Part shown: in pieces, positions 40,078 through 48,622 of the stretch
How positions within the stretch are numbered: position 1 is the first letter of the stretch
Layout of the letters: every line of letters begins with the position of its first letter
NCBI GenBank assembly: GCA_039591655.1
Contig: JBDHDE010000016.1
Span: 17,769-81,768 of the forward strand
Reading direction: 5' to 3'
DNA: 64,000 nt
DNA from: Gemmatimonadota bacterium
Lineage (GTDB): Bacteria; Gemmatimonadota; Gemmatimonadetes; Gemmatimonadales; GWC2-71-9
Position numbers and translations under genes: made by a program
The notes under the pieces: model-generated
Databases searched by the model: none
The model's input: only the letters and a program-made list of their open reading frames with translations
Told to the model about the DNA's origin: nothing

Positions 40078-40292
40078 GCCGCCTGCCTCGCCAGGTGGTC
40101 GTGGTGCTAATCCGCGCCTACCAGTTTGTGGCGTCCCCGTTCCCGTCGCCCTGCCGCTACGAGCCGACCTGCTCCACCTACTCTCTGGATGCGGTCCGCC
40201 GCTACGGCGCGGTGCGGGGCTGCTGGCTGGGCCTGCGGCGCATCCTGCGCTGCCACCCGTTCCACGCGGGTGGCTACGACCCGGTGCCGTGA
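40074..40292 (+). CDS. yidD: Membrane protein insertion efficiency factor YidD
   Basis: CRYEPTCSTY...RILRCHPFHAGGYDPVP; TTGA overlap. Confidence 0.95.
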   Translation: MSRLPRQVVVVLIRAYQFVASPFPSPCRYEPTCSTYSLDAVRRYGAVRGCWLGLRRILRCHPFHAGGYDPVP

Positions 40293-40303
40293 GGGCCCGC
40301 TGA

Positions 40304-41956
40304 ATGGACCGGCGCACGCTTCTGGCCATCGGTCTCATGCTGATCGTCGCGGTGCTGCCCGCGATCCTCCTCCGGCCCGATCGCCAACCGGCCACGACGT
40401 CGGCGCCGGGTGACACCCTCCAGCCCCAGCCGCGCGAGACGACGGCCGTAGCAGCGCCGGCGGCGGTCCCCGAGGTCGCACCTCCTCCCGTGGTGACGGC
40501 CCCATCACCGGACACCACGACTGAGCAGGTGATCAGCGTCGAGTCGCCGCTCTACCGGTACGACTTCTCGACCCGGGGTGCGCACCTCGCGGGTGCCGTC
40601 CTCAAGGAGTACCGCAGCTTCGCCCCCGGGGACTCGGGGGCTGCGCAGATCATCCCCGCCGGCTCGCGCTGGCTCGAGTACAGCCTGGTAATCGAGGCCG
40701 ACACGCTCTCCCTGGCCGACTGGAGCTTCGCGCCCACGGCCACCGAGCTCGACGTGACGGCCGCCGGAACACAGCTCGGGTGGGTCGCGGTGCGAGGCCC
40801 CCTCACAGTGGAGCTCACCTACACCTTCGACCCGGACGAGTACCTGTTCGACGTAGCAGGCCGGGTCCGCGGGATCGAGAGCGGCCTCGTGGTGATCCGT
40901 CTGGGGCCGCGGCTCGCCATGGTGGATGCGGACAGCGTGTGGGACATCCGATCCTACGGAGTCGTCACGAAGGCCCGCAACACGGAGCGGCTGAACTTCC
41001 GCTCGCTCGATCCCGCTGAGCAGCGCGCGCTGGAGGGGCCGTTCGAGTGGGTGGCCATCAAGTCGAAGTACTTCCTCGGCGCGGTGCTGGCCCTCGGTGA
41101 GGGGCAACCGCAGTTCGGCGGTGCGTTGGCCACCGGTGGGCCGCGCCCGGGGAATCACGCCGTGCACACCGACGTGGTGACCTCGCTGCCGGCGCCGGGC
41201 GGGCAGTTCGCGTTCTCCGGGTACTTCGGACCGCAGGAGTTCCGCCGACTCTCCGGGATGGGACACGACCTGGAGGACGTGAACCCCTATGGCTGGATCT
41301 TCCGGCCGATCATCATGCCGTTCGCGAACCTGATCGTGCGCATCCTGCTGTGGATGCACGACACCCTGCAGGTCGGCTACGGCTGGGTGCTGATCATATT
41401 CGGACTGCTGGTGCGCATCGTGCTGTGGCCGCTGAACCAGAAGGCCATGCGCTCTAGCATGGCCATGCAGGCGATCCAGCCGGAGCTGAAGGCAGTTCAG
41501 GAGCGCTACAAGCAGGATCCGCAGCGGATGCAGCAGGAGGTGATGAAGCTGTACCGCGAGCACGGGGTGAACCCCCTGGGAGGGTGCGTCCCCATGCTGA
41601 TCCCCATGCCGGTGCTGTTCGCCCTGTTCTTCGTCTTCCGGGAGACCATCGAGTTCCGTGGCGTGCCGTTTCTGTGGCTGCCCGATCTGTCGCGCCCCGA
41701 CCCGCTGTACATCATCCCCATCTTCATGGGTCTCTCGATGTTCCTGGTCATGCGGCTGGGACAGCTCGGGGTCCCGCCCAACCCGCAGGCGAAGATGATG
41801 TTGTACGTGATGCCGGGCTTCCTCACGTTCATCTTCCTGAAGCTGTCGGCGGGCTTGAACCTGTACTACGCGGTGAGCAACGTCGCATCGATTCCGCAGC
41901 AGTACCTGATCGCGAAGCGTCGGCTGGGGCAACGGACGGCCAAGAAGCGGGAGTGA
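40304..41956 (+). CDS. yidC: Membrane protein insertase YidC
   Basis: YGWVLIIF..LVRIVLWPL, LYREHGVNPLGGCVPMLI, WLPDLSRPDP, GLNLYY. Confidence 0.97.
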   Translation: MDRRTLLAIGLMLIVAVLPAILLRPDRQPATTSAPGDTLQPQPRETTAVAAPAAVPEVAPPPVVTAPSPDTTTEQVISVESPLYRYDFSTRGAHLAGAVLKEYRSFAPGDSGAAQIIPAGSRWLEYSLVIEADTLSLADWSFAPTATELDVTAAGTQLGWVAVRGPLTVELTYTFDPDEYLFDVAGRVRGIESGLVVIRLGPRLAMVDADSVWDIRSYGVVTKARNTERLNFRSLDPAEQRALEGPFEWVAIKSKYFLGAVLALGEGQPQFGGALATGGPRPGNHAVHTDVVTSLPAPGGQFAFSGYFGPQEFRRLSGMGHDLEDVNPYGWIFRPIIMPFANLIVRILLWMHDTLQVGYGWVLIIFGLLVRIVLWPLNQKAMRSSMAMQAIQPELKAVQERYKQDPQRMQQEVMKLYREHGVNPLGGCVPMLIPMPVLFALFFVFRETIEFRGVPFLWLPDLSRPDPLYIIPIFMGLSMFLVMRLGQLGVPPNPQAKMMLYVMPGFLTFIFLKLSAGLNLYYAVSNVASIPQQYLIAKRRLGQRTAKKRE

Positions 41957-42030
41957 GGCGCCCGCGCTACCGAAGCCAACGTTCCAGGCGCCGCCTGTCT
42001 CCCCCCCAGCCATCTCCGTAACTTTTCTCT

Positions 42031-43383
42031 GTGCTCTCGGACACCATTGCAGCCCTCTCCACGCCCCCGGGCAGATCCGGTATCGCGCTGATCCGGATCT
42101 CCGGAGAGAAGGCGCACGCAGTCGCGGCAGCGGTGCTCGCCGATTTCAGGGCCGAGCCGCTGCGCACGGCGCGGCTCACGAGAGCCGTGCATCCGCAGAC
42201 GGGGGACCCCCTCGATGAGGTGCTGTATCTCGCGTACCGGCGACCCTCGTCTTACACCGGCGAGGACATGGTGGAGGTCACGACCCACGGTGGGCTGCTC
42301 ATCCCGGCAGAGGTGCTGGGTGCACTGCTGGCTGCGGGCGCCCGGACGGCAGAGCCGGGGGAGTTCACGCGCCGGGCTGTGCTGAACGGCCGGCTTGATC
42401 TACTGCAGGCCGAGGCGGTCGGGGATCTCATCGAGGCTACGGCGCCGGCCCAGCGCCGTGCGGCGCTCGGCCAGCTCGACCGCGGCCTGTCGCACCGTAT
42501 CGGGGAGCTGCGCGATGGGGTGCTGGAGCTGGAATCGCTGGTGTCCTACGAGATCGACTTCCCCGAGGAAGACAGCGGCCCCGTGCCGCCTGAGCGGATC
42601 GCTGACGCCATCGCGCGGCTGCGCCGTCGGCTCGGGGATCTGATCGACACGGCGGGCGAGGGAGAGCGGTTGCGGGAAGGCGCCCTGGCGGTCATCGCCG
42701 GACGCCCCAACAGCGGCAAGTCTTCGCTGTTCAACGCGCTCCTCGGGAGTGAGCGGGCCATCGTCACGCACATCCCCGGCACCACCCGGGACGCCATCGA
42801 GGCACCCGTGACCTGCAACGGGTTCCCGTTCCGTCTCATCGACACCGCCGGCCTGCGGAGTACCCAAGACACCGTGGAGCGTCTGGGGATCGAGGTGAGC
42901 CAGCGGTATCTCGACGCCGCCGACCTCGTGATCTTCTGCGTCGAGGCGGGACGCGACCTCTCCGTGGAAGAGCGGGACTTCCTCGGCGCCGTGCGGGTGC
43001 CGGCAGTCACCGTGCGGACCAAAGTCGATCTGCTGGAGGCCGGCGCCCGGCCCCCCGCATCGGCCCGGGAGGTTGCCGTCTCAGCCGAGACGGGAGAGGG
43101 GCTCGTGACGCTGCGGGAGGCCCTCGCCGGGCACGCGTTCACCACCCTCGCGGGACGCGGCGACGTCGAGCCGGTGGTGACCCGGGCTCGTCAGCGGGCG
43201 GCGCTGGAGCGGGCGGTGGCAGAGGTCACGCAGTTCGCGGCGGCCCGCGCCTCGGGACTCGAGAGCGCCGTTGCCGCTACGCACCTGCGCGCGGCAGTGA
43301 CGGCACTGGAAGACGTGATCGGGATCGTGACGACGGAGGATGTGCTGGAGCGTGTGTTCGCGACGTTCTGCGTGGGGAAGTGA
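42031..43383 (+). CDS. mnmE: tRNA modification GTPase MnmE
   Basis: DTIAALSTPPG, SYTGED, GRPNSGKSS, GTTRD, DTAGLR, FCVGK. Confidence 0.97.
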   Translation: MLSDTIAALSTPPGRSGIALIRISGEKAHAVAAAVLADFRAEPLRTARLTRAVHPQTGDPLDEVLYLAYRRPSSYTGEDMVEVTTHGGLLIPAEVLGALLAAGARTAEPGEFTRRAVLNGRLDLLQAEAVGDLIEATAPAQRRAALGQLDRGLSHRIGELRDGVLELESLVSYEIDFPEEDSGPVPPERIADAIARLRRRLGDLIDTAGEGERLREGALAVIAGRPNSGKSSLFNALLGSERAIVTHIPGTTRDAIEAPVTCNGFPFRLIDTAGLRSTQDTVERLGIEVSQRYLDAADLVIFCVEAGRDLSVEERDFLGAVRVPAVTVRTKVDLLEAGARPPASAREVAVSAETGEGLVTLREALAGHAFTTLAGRGDVEPVVTRARQRAALERAVAEVTQFAAARASGLESAVAATHLRAAVTALEDVIGIVTTEDVLERVFATFCVGK

Positions 43384-43629
43384 TTAGCGTCGGCTCTCCT
43401 CGTCGGGCCCCTCCAACACCAGCCGCCACACCTCATCCACCAGCCACTGGAGCCGCTCCTGGGCGTACTCCAGGTCGGACCGTCCCATCTCCGGCACGCT
43501 GCCGGAAACGTCCCGTACGTGTTCCAGGAGCTCGTCGAGCACCTCGCGCAGGACCCGCTTCCTGCGCCTGTCGGGCAGGGGCTTCTCGCCGGCGCGGCGC
43601 GGCGTCTGGTCCGGCGGCTTGCGGTTCAC
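43384..43629 (-). CDS. Small helical hypothetical protein
   Basis: 81 aa; GTGA overlap with upstream protease; stop abuts mnmE stop. Confidence 0.6.
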   Translation of the reverse strand: MNRKPPDQTPRRAGEKPLPDRRRKRVLREVLDELLEHVRDVSGSVPEMGRSDLEYAQERLQWLVDEVWRLVLEGPDEESRR

Positions 43630-44570
43630 GCGGTCTGCACGTCGCGGGAGCGTTGATCGACGACGTCACACTGCAGCGCGTCCGCCCGGAGGGCGCGCGC
43701 AATACCCTGTTCGGCCACGATGGCCTCCACCATGCGGTAGCCGAGGTAGTAGCCCGAGCGCTCCGGAATCACCTTCCCGTCGACGATGCGCTGGGCGGGT
43801 GACATGCCCCCGGAAAGGAAGCGCAGCCGGTAGCCGAGACCGCGGGAGTCGAGCTCGGGCTGCACGGCGTGGAGCAGGAATGCCTCGAGCTGACGCAGGC
43901 GGCGGTACTGGCGCCTGGGGTACCCCATGTAATCCCACGGCTCGAACCCTGGGGCCACCGCGCGTGAGGCCGCGACGGCGAGGCCCTCGTTGACCATGAG
44001 CTCGCGCAGCGTGGCCTGGCTGCCGGTCTCCCAGTAATCGTACGAGCCGTTCATGCCACGGATGACGGCCGCCAACTCGCTCTGCGAATCCGGGGATGTG
44101 TACCGCACGGTGTGCGCCACCTCGTGAGCCACCCACAGCCGGATCTGCTCGGGCGCGAGGCCGAGCCCGAGAGACTCGTGGTTGGGCCGTCCCGTGAAGT
44201 GCTCGAGGCAGATGAACGCGATGCCCCGGCCATCCACCACCAGCTCACCTGCATTGGCCCCGCCCACGCCCACCATGAGCACCACGTCGAATTGCCGGTC
44301 CACCTCGAAGACCTCCTCGCACCGCTCCATGGCTTCCTGCGCCAACGCCGCTACGTCGGCGCCTGCCAGCAGAGCGTGGAGGTCGCGGCGCTCGGCGGTT
44401 AGCGCGCGGCGGATGACCTCTTCGGCGTGGGGGCTCTCGAGATTGAGGATGTAGTTGTGCCAGTAGGCGGAGAGAATGCCGCGGTGGTCGTCCAGGTGAC
44501 GGCGATACGCCTCCAACGGGTCCGGTGCGTCGAGTGCGGCGAGGAATTCCGGAACGAGGTTGATAAGCAT
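43626..44570 (-). CDS. DUF2268-like gluzincin zinc protease
   Basis: AHEVAH, NEGLA, GYYLGY. Confidence 0.75.
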   Translation of the reverse strand: MLINLVPEFLAALDAPDPLEAYRRHLDDHRGILSAYWHNYILNLESPHAEEVIRRALTAERRDLHALLAGADVAALAQEAMERCEEVFEVDRQFDVVLMVGVGGANAGELVVDGRGIAFICLEHFTGRPNHESLGLGLAPEQIRLWVAHEVAHTVRYTSPDSQSELAAVIRGMNGSYDYWETGSQATLRELMVNEGLAVAASRAVAPGFEPWDYMGYPRRQYRRLRQLEAFLLHAVQPELDSRGLGYRLRFLSGGMSPAQRIVDGKVIPERSGYYLGYRMVEAIVAEQGIARALRADALQCDVVDQRSRDVQTA

Positions 44571-44618
44571 GGAGGCGCACACAATTTGAAGCGCCGCCGT
44601 GTGACTGACAAGTGCCGT

Positions 44619-46595
44619 TTAGCGAAGCTCGACGTCGACGTGTGTCGAGTCTGTCTCTCGGTTCGCGACACCGGCGCGCACTGTCACGACAATGCGATAA
44701 CGCCCACGCGGCACCTCACCCGGTTCGAAGATCACGCGCTCCCGGATGATGGAAGTGGCCTCCACCTGTCGCTGGAACGTGATCCTGACCTCGTCACCGC
44801 CACGCTGCGGCACGAAGGCGTATTCGACCTCGTAGCGCGCCACGCCGCCCGAGTCGGCCGGCAGGTCGTAGATCTCGGTGTACAGCGCCAGGGGATCGCC
44901 GGACGGGAGGCGGCGTGTGCCCGGCATCGCCCGGGCCACTTCCTCTCTGGTGAACCCGGTGTCGGCGAGCACCCCCACCAACACACTGGAAACGGTGAGC
45001 CGGTCGCGCCACAGGCCGGTGACGGCGAAGTCGGTGCGCAGCCTGCCCAGGCGCTCGTCGTGCCGCACGTCCACCCCGAGATGGTACGCACCGGCGGGAA
45101 CGTGGAACACGAAGGGGCTCGACCCCGGCACCCGGGCGAGCTCGGTCCACTCCACGTCCCACACGGCGGCGGTCCCCGCTTCGGGCGCCGCCCCCACGTA
45201 CACGAGCTGATAGCTGCGTACCGCGCCCCGGAAGGTGGCCACCCAGCCGTGCACGTCGAGCTCCGCCTCCACCGAGGTCTCATCCCGTTCCAGCATCAGC
45301 ACGCTGTTGTGCAGCTCCGCCCTGCTGGTGGGATACACCACCATGTCGCCGCCATCAATGCGTGCGAAGGTGATGGACGCCCATCCGTCTTCGAGCTTGT
45401 AGGTCCACAGCTCCACCTCGGCCGGCGTGGGCCCCACGGTGCGCCACAACCGGTCGGGCTTGCCGAAGCGAACGTACATGAGGCCGCGCCCATCCATCCG
45501 GTAGCGGCGGTAGCGGGTGAGCGAATCGGGCTCCGGCACGTCCCGCAGGTCGACACCGAGTCCGGCGGCCTGCACTTGGTCCTCCAGTCGCGAGTGTCCC
45601 GGGAGCGGCTGGCCTACGAACCCGAAGCTTCGGGAGGCCGCCAACACCGCGCCGGCCATGCCCCCGCCGAACAGGGCGCGCCTCAGCACGGAGCGGTGGA
45701 ATACCGATTGGGGATGCCTGAGCTGGTACCAGCTGCGGGCGTGGGCCAGCCGCACGAAGTGCTCCGCGATGCGCTCGTTCACTGCCGTGTTGAGATCGGG
45801 CTCCCGGCGGGCCCAGAAGGTGCGAAAGAACGCCTCGCGCCGCTCGGCTGCCGTACCGGCGTACATGCTCTCCTCCTGCGGCGAAGCGATGACCCTCACT
45901 TGCTGCCACAGGATCCCGAGCGAGTCCGTCGCGGCCTGAGTCAGGGCCTGCTCGTAGCGCTCCAGGCCGGCCACGGTGTCTCCCCTCTCGAGCGCGGCTT
46001 GCGCCTGCACCGCCCAAACCGCCGCGTCGTCACGACCGGCGGCGACTTGCTCGGCAAGGATGGCCTCGGCGGAGTCGTAGGCCCCCGCCTCTACCAGTAG
46101 CCTGGAGCGCAGCAGACCCGTCGCCGGGTCGTTCCCGTGCCGCGACAGTATCGAAACAGCTCGGCGCAGGTGTCGCCGGCCGTGGTACAGCTGATCCCAC
46201 ATCTCCCATGTGTCGCGATAGTCGGGGTCCAGCCGCCAGACGTGATACAGCGCGTCGCGAATGAGGCGCTCGCCGTCGTCGCCGCCCAGGAACTCTCCCA
46301 CCTTGGCTTGGAGGTAGCGCGGCTCCGGGTTGGCGCTGTCGAGGGCTGCGGCCCGCTGGAACAGGTCCCAAGCCTTGAAGCGGCCCACGACGGGCCACGC
46401 CAGGTGCACGCGGCCCAGCAAGGTGATGGCCAGCGCGTCGTCCCGGTTCCCGCGGACGGCGCGCTCGAGGATCTGCCGGGCCGCTCTCAGCTCGCCTTCC
46501 ACCAGCAGCGACTCCGCCCGGGCGTACGGCCCCACGGTGTCCTGCAGGGGCAGCGACCCCGAGAGCGCCAGGACGAGGAGGGTGCCGCCGATCAC
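44619..46595 (-). CDS. Secreted TPR + divergent GWxTD-like + Ig-like protein (copy C)
   Basis: GTG 46595 with GAGGAG RBS; YARAESLLV; FWARREPDLNTAVNERIAEHFVRL; DGRGLMYVRFGKPD. Confidence 0.8.
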   Translation of the reverse strand: MIGGTLLVLALSGSLPLQDTVGPYARAESLLVEGELRAARQILERAVRGNRDDALAITLLGRVHLAWPVVGRFKAWDLFQRAAALDSANPEPRYLQAKVGEFLGGDDGERLIRDALYHVWRLDPDYRDTWEMWDQLYHGRRHLRRAVSILSRHGNDPATGLLRSRLLVEAGAYDSAEAILAEQVAAGRDDAAVWAVQAQAALERGDTVAGLERYEQALTQAATDSLGILWQQVRVIASPQEESMYAGTAAERREAFFRTFWARREPDLNTAVNERIAEHFVRLAHARSWYQLRHPQSVFHRSVLRRALFGGGMAGAVLAASRSFGFVGQPLPGHSRLEDQVQAAGLGVDLRDVPEPDSLTRYRRYRMDGRGLMYVRFGKPDRLWRTVGPTPAEVELWTYKLEDGWASITFARIDGGDMVVYPTSRAELHNSVLMLERDETSVEAELDVHGWVATFRGAVRSYQLVYVGAAPEAGTAAVWDVEWTELARVPGSSPFVFHVPAGAYHLGVDVRHDERLGRLRTDFAVTGLWRDRLTVSSVLVGVLADTGFTREEVARAMPGTRRLPSGDPLALYTEIYDLPADSGGVARYEVEYAFVPQRGGDEVRITFQRQVEATSIIRERVIFEPGEVPRGRYRIVVTVRAGVANRETDSTHVDVELR

Positions 46596-46611
46596 TGCGC
46601 TTGCTCCTCGT

Positions 46612-48609
46612 CTACCGCAGCTCGACGTCCGCCAGGGTCGTGCGCTCCTCACGACCCACCACGCGCTGGCGCACGGTCATGGTGATCAAGTATTTGCCCC
46701 GCGGTACTTCGCCGGGAGCTAGGATGACGCGCTCGACAACCGTGGGCGTCGCCCGCGCCTGGCGCTCGAACGCGACCCTCACGGCCTGGCCCGCGCCCAC
46801 GGGCACGAACGCGTACTCCACTTCGTAGGCGGCGAGGCCGAGCGAATCGGTGGGCAGTCCGTAGATCTCGCTGTACAGGGCGAGGGGGGCACCGGCCGGG
46901 AGCCGCCTCGTTCCCGGCAGAGCGCGGGCGGCGTCGTCCCGGGTGAAGCCGGTGTCGGAGAGCGCGCCGATGAGAAGGCTCGAAACGGTGAGGCGCTCGC
47001 GCCATAGGTCGGAGATGCTGACGTCGGCCCTGAGCCGCCCGAGCTCCCCGTCTGCGCGCACGTCCACACCGAGGCGGTGTTCGCCGGCGCTCAGCCGGAA
47101 CACGAACGGGCTCGTGCCGGGCACGCGGCCTACCGGCTCCCAGTTGCCGTCCCACACGGCGGCCGCGCCGGAGTCGGGAGTCACGCCCACGTACACCATG
47201 TGGTCACCCGGTGCCGCGCCGCGAAACGTCGCGACCCAAGCATGAACCTCGCGGGGTGCCTCGACCGATGTCGTGTCGCGCTGGAGCAGCTGTACGCTGT
47301 GCTCGACCTCGCGGCGATTGGTGGGGAAGACCACCATGTCGCCGCCGAACATGGCGCTGCCGTCGCTGGACGTGGCGCGGGCAAATACGCCGACCATGGG
47401 CTCGCCGCCGACCTCGTAGTACCAAGCCTCGACGTCCCCGCCGGTGACGTAGCGCCGTTTCGGCTCGCCGAAGCGCAGGTACACCAGTCCGCGTCCGTCG
47501 AAGCCGAAGCGGCGGTAGCGTGTGAGCGAGTCGGGCTCCGGGAGTTGACGCAGGTCGGTGCCCACGCCGGCGGCCTGGAGGTCGGCCTCCAACCGGGCCG
47601 ACATCGTCGGTAGCAGACCGGGGACGCCGAGAGACTGCACCCGTTGGAACACCGCCGGGGAGAGGTACGCAACGATGTTGCGGCGCTCCCGCGAGCGGTG
47701 AAAGGCTGCCTGAGGATGCAGCAGCCGGAACTCGCGACGCGCCCGCCTGAGGCGCACGAAGTGCTCGACGAGGCGCTCGTTCACAGCGGTACCGAGATCC
47801 GGTTCGCGCCGCTGCCAGAAGGCGCGGAAGAAGGCCTCCCGGTCGGCGGGCGCCGTCGCCGCGTGCGCGCTGTCCTCTTCGGGGGAGGCGATCACCGCGA
47901 GTTGCCGCCACAGGATGCTCAGCGAGTCCGTTGCCACTGCGTCCAGCGCCGCATCGTAGTATGCCGAGCCGTTGACCGTGTCGCCGGACTCCAGCGCACC
48001 CTGGGCGCGCAACGCCCAGACCGCCGCGTCGCGGTGTCCCGCGGCGACGAGACCGGCCAGCAGGCGCTCCGCATGCTCGTACTGGTTGAGCGCGATCAGG
48101 AGCTGCGCCCGCCGTAGGTCCGCCGTGGGGTCCCCGTCGTGCCGCGCGAGGATCTCCACAGCTTGCTCGAGCTCCTCTCTCCCGTGGTATGCATGGCGCC
48201 AGATCTCCCAGGTGTCGCGGTAGGACGGGTCGAGGTTCCAGATGCGGTATAGGCCATCGCGGATGGCCCACTCGCCGTTGCTGCCTCCGACGGCGAGACC
48301 CACGTGCGCCTGCCAGTACGGGATCTGGGGGTTGGTGGGCGCGAGCTCCCAGGCTTCCTCGAGGATATCCCACGCCTCCCACGACCAGTCGCTCTGCCCT
48401 GCGGTCGCGAGGCGCACCCGGCCGAGGAGGACCAGCGCCGTGACGTCTTCGCGATCGCGCCCCAGGATGCGCACCAGGATGGCCTCAGCGCCCCCCAAAT
48501 CCCCGCTCACCAACAGCGACTCCGCCCGGGCATAGGTCGTCGTGTCCTGTTGCGGAGTCTGGAGCAAGGAGGCCGAGAGGGCGAGGGAGAGCAGCGCAGT
48601 GCAGGGCAT
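46612..48609 (-). CDS. Secreted TPR + divergent GWxTD-like + Ig-like protein (copy B)
   Basis: YARAESLLV; FWQRREPDLGTAVNERLVEHFVRL; DGRGLVYLRFGEP. Confidence 0.8.
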   Translation of the reverse strand: MPCTALLSLALSASLLQTPQQDTTTYARAESLLVSGDLGGAEAILVRILGRDREDVTALVLLGRVRLATAGQSDWSWEAWDILEEAWELAPTNPQIPYWQAHVGLAVGGSNGEWAIRDGLYRIWNLDPSYRDTWEIWRHAYHGREELEQAVEILARHDGDPTADLRRAQLLIALNQYEHAERLLAGLVAAGHRDAAVWALRAQGALESGDTVNGSAYYDAALDAVATDSLSILWRQLAVIASPEEDSAHAATAPADREAFFRAFWQRREPDLGTAVNERLVEHFVRLRRARREFRLLHPQAAFHRSRERRNIVAYLSPAVFQRVQSLGVPGLLPTMSARLEADLQAAGVGTDLRQLPEPDSLTRYRRFGFDGRGLVYLRFGEPKRRYVTGGDVEAWYYEVGGEPMVGVFARATSSDGSAMFGGDMVVFPTNRREVEHSVQLLQRDTTSVEAPREVHAWVATFRGAAPGDHMVYVGVTPDSGAAAVWDGNWEPVGRVPGTSPFVFRLSAGEHRLGVDVRADGELGRLRADVSISDLWRERLTVSSLLIGALSDTGFTRDDAARALPGTRRLPAGAPLALYSEIYGLPTDSLGLAAYEVEYAFVPVGAGQAVRVAFERQARATPTVVERVILAPGEVPRGKYLITMTVRQRVVGREERTTLADVELR

Positions 48610-48622
48610 GGCCGCCTCGCGC

